This document shows, piece by piece, positions 36,226-45,620 of a stretch of 64,000 nt of DNA. The notes beneath the pieces were generated by a model. The model was not told where the DNA came from and did no database searches. It saw only the letters and a program-made list of their open reading frames with translations. Position 1 is the first letter of the stretch; every line of letters starts with the position of its first letter. The position numbers and the translations under genes were made by a program. Source of the stretch: a virus (Duplodnaviria; Heunggongvirae; Uroviricota; Caudoviricetes); IMG/VR virus record IMGVR_UViG_3300043444_000502, positions 1 to 64,000 of that record; one strand, given 5' to 3'.

Positions 36226-37155
36226 ATGAAAAAAGACGTTTCGGTGATTATTAGCTTTGATAAGGCTGTTGGCAAGTTCAAATGCTCTATCAATGGTCAA
36301 AAGTTTACCACTACAAAGCAATCTTACATCGAATACATGTTCAAGCAAATCACTGGCGAAAAGGCTTCGTTTAAGGATATCGAGGCGATGCAAAAGCCTG
36401 CAGTCTCAGAGAAGTTTGGCATTAATCAGCGATTTGGCTTCGTGGAAAAGATCGTTGGAATGGTCGCCACTGGCGTTCAACCTTCTACTGTGATCACTGG
36501 TCAAGGCGGTCTCGGCAAGACATACACTGTTATGAAGCAATTGAAGGCCTCTGGTCTTGAGGACTACAATGAATTGATCCAACGCTTGCCTTCTGGTTCT
36601 ACTATTCAGATGTCCAAAGTCTTTGTTACGATCAAAGGCTATTCTACTCCTAAGGGTTTGTATCGCACTCTGTTTGAAAATCAAAATGCTACGATTGTGT
36701 TCGATGACTGTGACTCGATCCTTAAAGATCCTGTGGCCTTGAACTTGTTGAAGGGCGCCTTGGATAGTTACTCTAAGCGAATCATCTCTTGGAATTCTGA
36801 AGGTTTTGGCAAAGACGACGAATTGCCTCGTTCATTTGAGTTCAAAGGTCGTATTGTGTTCATCTCGAACATGGACCAAGACAAGATTGATCAAGCTATC
36901 CGTAGCCGTTCCATGATGATTGACTTGTCCATGACAGATGAACAGAAGATCGACCGTATGGAACACATTGCTCAGTCCGATGAATTCTTGCCTGAATACG
37001 AAGCAGACGTGAAAGCAGATGCACTTGCTTTGATCCGCGAAGTTAAGGACGAATGCAAAGAAATCTCTCTCCGTACATTGATTTCTGTTGCTAAGATTCG
37101 TGCAGCAAATCCAAAAGATTATAAGGATTTGGCTACATATGTTTTGACGAATTAA
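36226..37155 (+). CDS. P-loop AAA-type ATPase
   Basis: Walker A GQGGLGKT, Walker B IVFDDCD; preceded by the promoter+leader module 36164-36217 and palindromic operator-like sites. Confidence 0.6.
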   Translation: MKKDVSVIISFDKAVGKFKCSINGQKFTTTKQSYIEYMFKQITGEKASFKDIEAMQKPAVSEKFGINQRFGFVEKIVGMVATGVQPSTVITGQGGLGKTYTVMKQLKASGLEDYNELIQRLPSGSTIQMSKVFVTIKGYSTPKGLYRTLFENQNATIVFDDCDSILKDPVALNLLKGALDSYSKRIISWNSEGFGKDDELPRSFEFKGRIVFISNMDQDKIDQAIRSRSMMIDLSMTDEQKIDRMEHIAQSDEFLPEYEADVKADALALIREVKDECKEISLRTLISVAKIRAANPKDYKDLATYVLTN

Positions 37156-37186
37156 TTCGTCTTTTTGACTAACTAATTTGTTTATA

Positions 37187-37245
37187 GACTGGCTGGCTGT
37201 CAGTTTTCTAGAAAAACAGTAACGGACCAGCCAGTCTCTTTTATT
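37187..37245 (+). terminator. long inverted repeat / terminator-like structure after the ATPase gene
   Basis: GACTGGCTGG ... CCAGCCAGTC with nested palindrome TTTTCTAGAAAA, then T-rich. Confidence 0.4.
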
Positions 37246-37257
37246 TGGAGATAAGAA

Positions 37258-37439
37258 TGATAGACAGCAGACCAGCTACCAATCGGATGATCCGATTGAT
37301 GGATGAGGGTATACTGACACCGGAATGGGTAGCAGTCACCTGCCTAGGATACATGTCAGAGGATGATGTAGCCGATATGATGAAACAGAATGATCTATCA
37401 GATCTATTGGATGAGGACACAGACTATGAATCCGAATGA
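37258..37439 (+). CDS. hypothetical small acidic protein (track start 37245)
   Basis: ORF track. Confidence 0.3.
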
Positions 37440-37623
37440 GAGACCAAATTATCAGAACTCTATCAGATGGAATCAGTCGTATGGTGGATGGAGAAAGAGA
37501 CAAATTATCCAACAGACATTAGATGATCTACATACCCAACAGATGGACATGATAGACGCCGCAGTAGAGGTATCAGATCTGAAAGATGCAAAGGAGATTT
37601 TAGATTGGATTAGAAAGAAATAA
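37390..37623 (+). CDS. hypothetical protein
   Basis: ORF track. Confidence 0.3.
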   Translation: MIYQIYWMRTQTMNPNERPNYQNSIRWNQSYGGWRKRQIIQQTLDDLHTQQMDMIDAAVEVSDLKDAKEILDWIRKK

Positions 37624-37833
37624 AAAGGCAGAATAGTAAGGGCAGAATATTATTATAAGGTTCCATACTATTAGGTACCATCTATTGGTTACCCTTTCGG
37701 TTTAGCCGTATGCCTTCGTTTGCGTGTCCAGAAAAAAATCCCCCTGGGGCAGAATATTCCCCCAAGATGACAGTCTTCCCCAAGATGATAATAAGTAGTA
37801 TGGACACTATGTTGATTAACACAGAGGAATTAT

Positions 37834-38067
37834 ATGAGTTATATTACAGTAAATGTTGATGTGGATGTTGATCTATATGAGATTGATACAGAGGATCTAG
37901 TAGAGGAATTACAGCGGCGTGGGAAATCTGTGCCTGATAAGGATGGGATTGATCCATCAGATAATCATCTATTGGTTCAGGAGATATATCAGCTAAAACG
38001 TTTAGGGAAAGATTATAGTCGACAGTTAGATGATTTAATCTACAACGTCGTTGGTAGAATATTATAA
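37834..38067 (+). CDS. hypothetical protein
   Basis: ORF track; ends at the convergent terminator. Confidence 0.35.
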   Translation: MSYITVNVDVDVDLYEIDTEDLVEELQRRGKSVPDKDGIDPSDNHLLVQEIYQLKRLGKDYSRQLDDLIYNVVGRIL

Positions 38068-38068
38068 A

Positions 38069-38090
38069 AAAAGGGACCAATTGGTCCCTA
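38069..38090. terminator. bidirectional terminator between convergent + and - operons
   Basis: AAAAAAGGGACCAATTGGTCCCTAATTT. Confidence 0.6.
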
Positions 38091-38134
38091 ATTTATATCC
38101 CCCAAAAAAAGTCGTGGGGGTCCTCTGCCTGTTA

Positions 38135-38485
38135 TTAGATGGTCACGGTTTTCTTCACCTTAATAATAACAGTACCATATCCATCAAATACAAATCTAAA
38201 TGGATATTCTTTATACGTAGCATCAATAAAATCAATATACTTCCAATGCCCGGTGCCTGATAAGTAATAACTACCCTCTAGATCACCATTCTCAACACGA
38301 TGTACATCAACAGATTTGTTTGGCTTACATGCCCAATACATTTCTTTAATTTCAGCCGAGGATACCGTCTCTCCTGCCTCAGCTAATTCTGATAAAGCTA
38401 AATCTATAGTACCACCAGAGGAAGAACTAGCATATACTTTAATAACTGCTTCATTACCACTATTCTTTAAAACATACTTTTCCAT
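38135..38485 (-). CDS. hypothetical structural-module protein
   Basis: ORF track; last gene of the minus-strand baseplate operon. Confidence 0.45.
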   Translation of the reverse strand: MEKYVLKNSGNEAVIKVYASSSSGGTIDLALSELAEAGETVSSAEIKEMYWACKPNKSVDVHRVENGDLEGSYYLSGTGHWKYIDFIDATYKEYPFRFVFDGYGTVIIKVKKTVTI

Positions 38486-38488
38486 CTA

Positions 38489-40042
38489 TTAAGCTCCCAT
38501 AAATGCGCCACCGCGAGCGTACATATCTTCGTCATCAAACTTAGTAGTCTTAGCACCAATGACTGCAGTTGTTCCGCCCTTATTATTGTTAACAACAGTA
38601 GTACTACCAGCATTAACTGCTGCAGCACCAGCCTGTGCAATTTCTTTCCCTTTTTGCTCTGCCTGAAGATCAGCCTGTTGACCAGTTGCTTCCTTCAACA
38701 TCTCTCCAGTCTTAGGATCCAAACCTGCATATTCATACACTGAATCAGGGATAGCCTTCGCAACTAGATTAGCAGGATCATACCACTTAGCATCTGATTT
38801 TGGCTTTGGCAGAATTAAACGAAGAATCTTTTTAAAGAAACCTTGAATCCAATCACCAACAGATTTTAATTGATCCAAAGCTTTCCCAGGATCTGTAAAC
38901 AGATTAACAATGAAATCTTTAATGCCTCTAATTAAATTAAAGAATCCGTCACAAATATCACTAATAATCTGAGAGAAAGAGAATGAATCTAGAATGGCTG
39001 CAGCATTATCAAATCCAAAGAACTTCAGAATCCAACTTACACCGTCTTTTAATAAATCAAAAATAGATCCAAATAAACCAGTCAATAATCCCTTAAGACC
39101 GCCAAATACTGCTCCTAAGATCTTGTCAAGAATAGAACCCTCGGTTTTTTTCCATCCATCAATTGCACCTTGTACTGTATCCCATAATGACATAATAACC
39201 TGAATTGGCCACGCAAGTTTACCTAACAATTTACCAATTGTAGGGAAAAATTTTGCTAATGGTTTAAAGAAGTCAAAGAATTTAGATACACCTTTGAGAG
39301 CATCATCCAAAAATCCTCCGCCTCCGCCTTTGAATATGGCTAAAATAGGTTCAAACATCATACCAAATACTTTACCTAAACGGCCAAGCGTTTTAGTGAT
39401 TGTACTAAATATTCCGCCAAACATATTATCAATAAACTTAAATGCCTTTTTACCTTGATTAATAAGTTTACCGATTAGACTCTCTTCGCTAAAGAAGTTC
39501 TTAATCCAACCCCACAATTTACCAAATGTATCACCTACAACAGTTTTAACCCGCATGAATGTATTTCTAATAACATTCCATACATCTGCAATAATATTAT
39601 TGATACCTAATTTAGCTCCAATTTTCTTTAAAAATTTTGTGTAGTCTTTTACATATTGTACTACAAACGCTAAACCGCCAACAATTAAACCTCTAATAAG
39701 AGTACCAGCGAGTCCTAGCCAAGAAAATTCTCCCTTAGCTTTTTCTGGTTTCTTTTCTTCAGTCTTTGGTTTCTTCTTAATTTCCTCAAGAAGTTTTTCC
39801 ATCAAAGTTTGATGCTCTTTATCTGTTTCAAGACTTTTCATGCGCTCACCAATCATATGATCTTTGAGCGCAATTAAACCTTCAGTCATATCAGCAATAT
39901 TATTAGCAATATTATGTAATATGAAATTTTGAGCAACAACAAGTTCTCCTTGATCAGTTGCAAGTGCATTTTGTTTTTGCACTTCACTGATAAGAGCTCC
40001 AATGTTTTCCTTTGACGTTACGTACTTAGCGCCTTTACTCAT
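38489..40042 (-). CDS. tape-measure/baseplate-hub-like protein (T4 gp29-like by position): N-terminal coiled coil, then repeated Gly-rich amphipathic/TM-like segments
   Basis: 517 aa; repeated F..G..G motifs; lies between a gp48/54-family gene and the operon end. Confidence 0.45.
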   Translation of the reverse strand: MSKGAKYVTSKENIGALISEVQKQNALATDQGELVVAQNFILHNIANNIADMTEGLIALKDHMIGERMKSLETDKEHQTLMEKLLEEIKKKPKTEEKKPEKAKGEFSWLGLAGTLIRGLIVGGLAFVVQYVKDYTKFLKKIGAKLGINNIIADVWNVIRNTFMRVKTVVGDTFGKLWGWIKNFFSEESLIGKLINQGKKAFKFIDNMFGGIFSTITKTLGRLGKVFGMMFEPILAIFKGGGGGFLDDALKGVSKFFDFFKPLAKFFPTIGKLLGKLAWPIQVIMSLWDTVQGAIDGWKKTEGSILDKILGAVFGGLKGLLTGLFGSIFDLLKDGVSWILKFFGFDNAAAILDSFSFSQIISDICDGFFNLIRGIKDFIVNLFTDPGKALDQLKSVGDWIQGFFKKILRLILPKPKSDAKWYDPANLVAKAIPDSVYEYAGLDPKTGEMLKEATGQQADLQAEQKGKEIAQAGAAAVNAGSTTVVNNNKGGTTAVIGAKTTKFDDEDMYARGGAFMGA

Positions 40043-40238
40043 GGTTCCTAAACCCTATATTTTGCATTCTGTTGACGAATGCGTTCGTTTTCTTCTTTTA
40101 CGTGTTCAACCAACATAGCAACATAGATTTCTCTCTCCCATGGCAACATCTCGTTTAATTCGGTCAGACTATAATGATGGTGTTGCATCATAATGAAATT
40201 TCCTTGATAATGGTTAATCAAGGAATCATGTGAGAGAG

Positions 40239-40961
40239 CTAGCCGAAAAAACTTTGTAATCCCTCAACTGTTAAGTGATTATCTGTACCACATTTTTCGC
40301 ACTTAAAGTCTACTTCTTTAGATAGACGTGGAATTCCATCTAAAAATTTCTGAATCTTCATAAATTGATTAGAATTTAATGATTCAACAAATTGATCAAT
40401 GTCTTTCTTTTCCAAATTAGATGCTTCATATATCTTTTCAGCATCGAAAATTGCTTCAATGCATGATGTGATAATCGCAAATGTATTTTCTACTTCAGTT
40501 TTTCCATTATTAACAATTGAATTTACTGCAGCAGTTGTTGGATATCGCATGATAACACCAACATTATCTGTGATCATAATTTTAGGATCTACAGTTTTAG
40601 ATGTATCGATATCAATTTCATCTAAATTGATTGCAACATCGTTTGGTGCATCACATGATTTACACTTAAACCCAACGTGAGAAGCTTCACCTACTGATTT
40701 TGCTCTTAATTTTAAAAATAAGAACTCTAATTCAGCTGTTGGAAGTTTTCTAACATCAACTTTTTCAAATGTGCAAGCTTTAATAATATCTTGTACAGCT
40801 TTCAAAATGATTTTTTCATCTTGACTTTCTAATGCAAGCATTAGTGTTTTTTCTTCTTTAACAAGATATGGACGATATTCTACAACCTGTTTACTAACTG
40901 GTAATGTCACCTCATATTTCGGTGTGTTTAATACAATAGGTAAAGACATAATATACTCCAA
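40239..40961 (-). CDS. hypothetical baseplate-module protein with two CxxC zinc-ribbon motifs
   Basis: CKSCDAP and CEKCGTD. Confidence 0.45.
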   Translation of the reverse strand: MEYIMSLPIVLNTPKYEVTLPVSKQVVEYRPYLVKEEKTLMLALESQDEKIILKAVQDIIKACTFEKVDVRKLPTAELEFLFLKLRAKSVGEASHVGFKCKSCDAPNDVAINLDEIDIDTSKTVDPKIMITDNVGVIMRYPTTAAVNSIVNNGKTEVENTFAIITSCIEAIFDAEKIYEASNLEKKDIDQFVESLNSNQFMKIQKFLDGIPRLSKEVDFKCEKCGTDNHLTVEGLQSFFG

Positions 40962-40970
40962 AAATAAAAA

Positions 40971-41612
40971 TTAAAGACCAAAAGTTCTTCCAACTGACCC
41001 CAAAAGAACTTTGCCTTTCGAAAGAACTGATTCTACGAAACCCTCTTCGCTCCAATCTTCGTATGATAACGTAATTGATAGCTTTTGCGTCTGATTTTCA
41101 CCACTATTTGTTAACTCATATGATGTTATAGTAGTAGGAAACGCGTTTTTTAGTGAAATTGAATAAACTGGAACGTTTCTTTGATCCAATTGTTGAATAA
41201 TAACGTCAGTTACGAAATCTGAACGATATTTTGCGATCATTCTATTTCTATCAAACATTCTATTAAACCAATTTTCGAAATATTTCTTCATAAAATGATC
41301 ATTTGTGATATGGAACGTCATTGTTACGTCATCATTGATGTATCCATATGGAATTTTCATCGGTAAAATGTTTGTAGCAAGATCTGCCGTCGCAATTTGA
41401 CGTCCTGGAAGAGTTACACTATCACATAAGATAGAAACATCTCTTGGATCATTAATAAATGGTTGTTTTGTGCCTTGACCAAATGCTCGAGCGATTAAAT
41501 TTTGTGGATCAATCGAAATTAATGGTAATGGCATATAAACAGCAAATCGATTTGATGGAGCAAGTCCACCGCGCTTACCGATTACTGATTTAAATTGATC
41601 TATTGTTGACAT
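40971..41612 (-). CDS. tail-tube-fold protein of the gp19/gp48/gp54 family (baseplate-tail tube junction)
   Basis: C-terminus PTTITSYELTNSGENQTQKLSITLSYEDWSEE resembles T4 gp19 ...EIQTFEVTLALDYWE. Confidence 0.55.
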   Translation of the reverse strand: MSTIDQFKSVIGKRGGLAPSNRFAVYMPLPLISIDPQNLIARAFGQGTKQPFINDPRDVSILCDSVTLPGRQIATADLATNILPMKIPYGYINDDVTMTFHITNDHFMKKYFENWFNRMFDRNRMIAKYRSDFVTDVIIQQLDQRNVPVYSISLKNAFPTTITSYELTNSGENQTQKLSITLSYEDWSEEGFVESVLSKGKVLLGSVGRTFGL

Positions 41613-42217
41613 TATGCTCTATATCCTGTAATTTGTCGCTTGGATTCTCTCCAAACCTTTGTTTTATGTGCGCCAATAAATTTTTCAGTTGGTAAAAATA
41701 TGGAAATTTCCCATTCTGAAGATGGGATAAGCATAATTCTAGATTCAATTTGTGAAAATAAATAATGTTTAAAACATGGCGCAAATGCTTTTAATCTACC
41801 TACTGAAGTAAGCATATCATAATTAAAACGCATTTTTGTTGTTTCATCCCATGCAGTATTATTGACATTATCAGTCAATTTATCTAATAAACGTGCACGT
41901 GTTATTGGATGAAGATAGTGTAAGTTTAAACCATAAAAACCGCCGGCAGCAGGACCAACAGCAACAATTAATGGGAATCTATCCCAATAAGGTAAAGTAT
42001 CTGCATTTTTTGCATCATACAAAAATTGATACATGAAACCCGGTTTGAAGGTAGTTTTTTTATAAAAATGTGGATCTTTTAAAAATTGTAATGCGTTAAC
42101 ATTACCCTTTAGATCTTTTACCTTTTGCTGAAACCATTTATGAGACGCAGCAGTACGTTCTGGCACATTAATGCCATTGCGAACTTTATCGTATAATGAT
42201 GTTGATTTTGTAGCCAT
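41612..42217 (-). CDS. conserved virion-assembly protein (gp2- or gp53-like by position)
   Basis: synteny only. Confidence 0.35.
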   Translation of the reverse strand: MATKSTSLYDKVRNGINVPERTAASHKWFQQKVKDLKGNVNALQFLKDPHFYKKTTFKPGFMYQFLYDAKNADTLPYWDRFPLIVAVGPAAGGFYGLNLHYLHPITRARLLDKLTDNVNNTAWDETTKMRFNYDMLTSVGRLKAFAPCFKHYLFSQIESRIMLIPSSEWEISIFLPTEKFIGAHKTKVWRESKRQITGYRA

Positions 42218-42225
42218 AGTCCTAT

Positions 42226-42723
42226 TTATGTAAGTAATTTAATACCTAGAGCTTTAATTGTGTCTTCAGTCCAAATTACAAATGAATAGTTTCTATCTAG
42301 AGCATACTTTTCTGCTGCTTTCCACTTACATTGATTTTTAACATATGTTCTAGCTTCTTCTAAATATTTTTTAGTTTGTCTAGATGGCTTTTTTGGAGGA
42401 ATAGTTTGTGATTTTGGCTTAATTTCAACTAAAAATGTGCCTTCTTTCGTTGTAAATTTTAAATCAACGAAATAACGATGCCATTTTCTATCCAATTCAA
42501 AATAATATGGCACAACTGTTTCTTCAGAAGACCATTTTAACACTTGATCATTTTCATCACACCACCTGAAAACTTGTCGTTCCCACAATGATCTATAAAT
42601 GACGTTTTTAAAATCTCCGTCATATTTCGCTGGGTTTTTAACCCTATAAAAACCTTTGTATGTTGCCATATAAATAGTATGGTCCGTATCTATAAAAATA
42701 AGAGAGTCATAGGATGCCTTCAT
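42226..42723 (-). CDS. gp4: head completion protein, gp4-like
   Basis: KYDGDFKNVIYRSLWERQVFRWCDENDQVLKWSSEETVVPYY...VEIKP resembles T4 gp4. Confidence 0.55.
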   Translation of the reverse strand: MKASYDSLIFIDTDHTIYMATYKGFYRVKNPAKYDGDFKNVIYRSLWERQVFRWCDENDQVLKWSSEETVVPYYFELDRKWHRYFVDLKFTTKEGTFLVEIKPKSQTIPPKKPSRQTKKYLEEARTYVKNQCKWKAAEKYALDRNYSFVIWTEDTIKALGIKLLT

Positions 42724-43631
42724 TCGACAGTTTAATCAAAGATGCAACCTCATCTGTCCAAAGCGTAATTTCTAAAGCTTTGGGATTTGATATTTTCAAA
42801 AATCCATTTGGTAGTGAAGCACCGCGCTTACGCTATCCGCTTAGTGATGTCAATAAACATCAAAACGTTGTAAAGTTTGAAGCTTTAACACGTATTAAGA
42901 AAAGCAGTGTATTGGATTTCAGAGTTCCACAGTTTGCAAAAAGTTCACTTGGATCAGTAGTTTTATATATGCCAACTGGTATTAGCGTTGGTGATAACCT
43001 ATCTTATGATAATGCTGATACTGGTTTAGGCGGAGAATTTTTCCAAGCTGCAGGTTCTGCATCATCTCCTGGTGAAGCGATTGGAACAATTAAACAAAAC
43101 GGCGGTGGATTAATCGACAGCGTCGGTGCAAAAGTTGTAGGAGCTGCAAGCCAAAGCAAAAGTATGGCAGGTCTCACTGGTGAAGCTGCAACGCAAGCTG
43201 CTTTAAATAAAGGTGAAGTAGTTAATCCACATACGCAAATGTTATTTAAAGCTCCACAACTTCGCCAATTTCAATTTAGTTTCAAGATGATTCCGCGTTC
43301 ACGTGCAGAAGCTAGGGAAATTATTAAAATTGTACAGTTCTTCCGAGTTGCTGCATATCCAGAGCTTGGAAGCGGTGGAACAGGTCAAGGTGTTGATATG
43401 TCAACATTCAAATTCCCTGATGTGTTTAAAATTACATATTTGACAAATGGAAAAGAAAATAAAAACATTGTTAAAATTATGGAATCTTATTTAACTGCAG
43501 TAAACGTAAATTACAACTCATCATCACCGACGTTCTATGAAGATGGTATGCCATCTGAAGTTGATTTACAATTGACTTTCCAAGAAAGCAAGGCAATTAA
43601 TAGAAATCTAATTTTGACTGAAGGATATTAA
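42714..43631 (+). CDS. baseplate-tail tube initiator, gp54/gp48-family
   Basis: C-terminal ...MPSEVDLQLTFQESKAI similar to the gp19-fold terminus; divergent from the gp4 gene. Confidence 0.45.
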   Translation: MPSFDSLIKDATSSVQSVISKALGFDIFKNPFGSEAPRLRYPLSDVNKHQNVVKFEALTRIKKSSVLDFRVPQFAKSSLGSVVLYMPTGISVGDNLSYDNADTGLGGEFFQAAGSASSPGEAIGTIKQNGGGLIDSVGAKVVGAASQSKSMAGLTGEAATQAALNKGEVVNPHTQMLFKAPQLRQFQFSFKMIPRSRAEAREIIKIVQFFRVAAYPELGSGGTGQGVDMSTFKFPDVFKITYLTNGKENKNIVKIMESYLTAVNVNYNSSSPTFYEDGMPSEVDLQLTFQESKAINRNLILTEGY

Positions 43632-43632
43632 T

Positions 43633-44358
43633 ATGTCATATTATTTTCAAGGATTTCCTTCAGCATATTATGATGTGCTAGCTAATGGTAAAAAAGTAGA
43701 AATTGTTGATATTTTTAGAACTGTTAGATTGAAAAAAGGTTTACGCGATGATGTTTTATTATATAAATCATATGATATACAAGATAATGAAAGACCAGAT
43801 CACGTTTCTATAAAATTGTATGGTTCTGCAGATTATTATTGGACATTTTTTATGATTAATGAAAATTTAGTTAATGTCTATAAAGATTGGCCATTAGGAC
43901 GCGCAGAATTAGAACATAAAATAGATGTTAAGTATACCGGTTACGTATTAAAAACAACAGAAGATTTTTCTACTAAATTTAAAGTTGGAGAAACAATCAA
44001 AGGCGCACAATCTTTTTGTACTGCAACAATTGTTGAAAAAGATATGACAACTGGAGTCATAAAGATCGATAATATTTCATCGCTTGATGGATTTAGACCA
44101 AGTGAATTAATTGTTGGTTTAACATCAAATGATGCTATAACAATTACTGGACAAGTTAAATTTAAAGAAGCTCCACATCATTATGAAAAAGTGGATGGTA
44201 CATATGCAATGCCAAACGATATTGGTGCATATCCAGTTACATTTGAAGAATGGGAAAGAATATTAAATGAAGAAAAAACAAAAATTAGAGTTATTCGTCC
44301 AGAATATATTTCTTTAGTATCTCAAGAATTTTTTAATCAAATTAATCCAGAAGAATAA
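43633..44358 (+). CDS. hypothetical baseplate-module protein
   Basis: ORF track; tightly packed. Confidence 0.45.
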   Translation: MSYYFQGFPSAYYDVLANGKKVEIVDIFRTVRLKKGLRDDVLLYKSYDIQDNERPDHVSIKLYGSADYYWTFFMINENLVNVYKDWPLGRAELEHKIDVKYTGYVLKTTEDFSTKFKVGETIKGAQSFCTATIVEKDMTTGVIKIDNISSLDGFRPSELIVGLTSNDAITITGQVKFKEAPHHYEKVDGTYAMPNDIGAYPVTFEEWERILNEEKTKIRVIRPEYISLVSQEFFNQINPEE

Positions 44359-44360
44359 TT

Positions 44361-45617
44361 ATGGCATTAGGAAGATTTGACTATGCGATAGAATCTGTAA
44401 AGCTTCTATCATCTACAGGTGAATCACTAGAAATGAAAGATCTAGTGATATCGCTCGATATCTATGAATCATTATTATCTCCTTATATTAAAGTTGAATT
44501 AGGTGTTGTTGATGCCGCAAACTTTATTGAAACAGCACCTATTATTGGACAAGAAAAAGTTGAATTAACTTTCACTGAAGGCGGTAAAAGAATTAAGAAA
44601 ACGTTATATGTCGGCGGAATTGATGGTTATGTTAGACCAAATAATCAAGCTGCAACATATACACTGAAATTAATTACTCCTGAGCAAATGATGAATGGAT
44701 TATTATTAGTATCACAGGCTTATAGTGGTACAGTTTCTAAAGCTATTGATGGTATTGTAACAGATTATTTAAAAAGTAAAGTAAAAACGCTTGAAGAAAC
44801 AAATGGTAATTATAAAGTAATTATTCCTAATTGGAATCCATTTAAAGCTATTGATTGGTTACAGCGTAGAGCTATTACTGCTAAGCAAATTCCATTTGCT
44901 TTTTATGAAACTTATATGGATGGGTTTGCATTAGAATCATATGAAACAATGTTTAAAAAACCAACATATGCAAAGTTTGTACATAAAGGTGGAAATCAGG
45001 GCAAAGATGATGCTGAATCATTAAAAGCATCATATAATGTTGCAATTGATTATGATTTGCGAGATTATTCTAACACATATAAACAAGTTCTAACTGGTGC
45101 TTTTGGTAGTGGTATGCATACAGTTGATATTGCAAGTAGAGAATACAAATTCTTAAAGTATGATTATATGGAAGACTTTAAGAAAAAACCTAGAATGGAT
45201 AAAGTTCCATTTATTAATGAAGATTTTAAAATTGATAATAAGTCATTGAATCAATATGATTCTATTCATAGTATTGCAAACAAAAATCAATTTTCATTTG
45301 AAGACTCGTTGCAAAATTATAATAATGAAGTTCAGTTTACTAAATTAGAAGCTGATCCATTTGTACAACAATTAACATTAACTAAAATGAATATCACAGT
45401 ACGCGGAAGAACTGATTTAACTCCTGGTAAAATGATTGAATTTGAAGTTGATAGAGATAAACCGATTGTGCATGGAAATATTAAAGATTCTAACGAATAC
45501 ATTTCTGGAAAATATTTAGTTATGAATGTTCGTCACAAGATGGTTGATGGTAAGTATACTATTGTTATGGATTGTGTACGTGATTCTTTAGGCAAAAAAG
45601 TTAAAAAGCGTGGATAA
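44361..45617 (+). CDS. gp27: baseplate hub subunit, gp27-like
   Basis: 418 aa directly upstream of the gp5-like spike, as in T4 (27 then 5). Confidence 0.5.
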   Translation: MALGRFDYAIESVKLLSSTGESLEMKDLVISLDIYESLLSPYIKVELGVVDAANFIETAPIIGQEKVELTFTEGGKRIKKTLYVGGIDGYVRPNNQAATYTLKLITPEQMMNGLLLVSQAYSGTVSKAIDGIVTDYLKSKVKTLEETNGNYKVIIPNWNPFKAIDWLQRRAITAKQIPFAFYETYMDGFALESYETMFKKPTYAKFVHKGGNQGKDDAESLKASYNVAIDYDLRDYSNTYKQVLTGAFGSGMHTVDIASREYKFLKYDYMEDFKKKPRMDKVPFINEDFKIDNKSLNQYDSIHSIANKNQFSFEDSLQNYNNEVQFTKLEADPFVQQLTLTKMNITVRGRTDLTPGKMIEFEVDRDKPIVHGNIKDSNEYISGKYLVMNVRHKMVDGKYTIVMDCVRDSLGKKVKKRG

Positions 45618-45620
45618 ATT

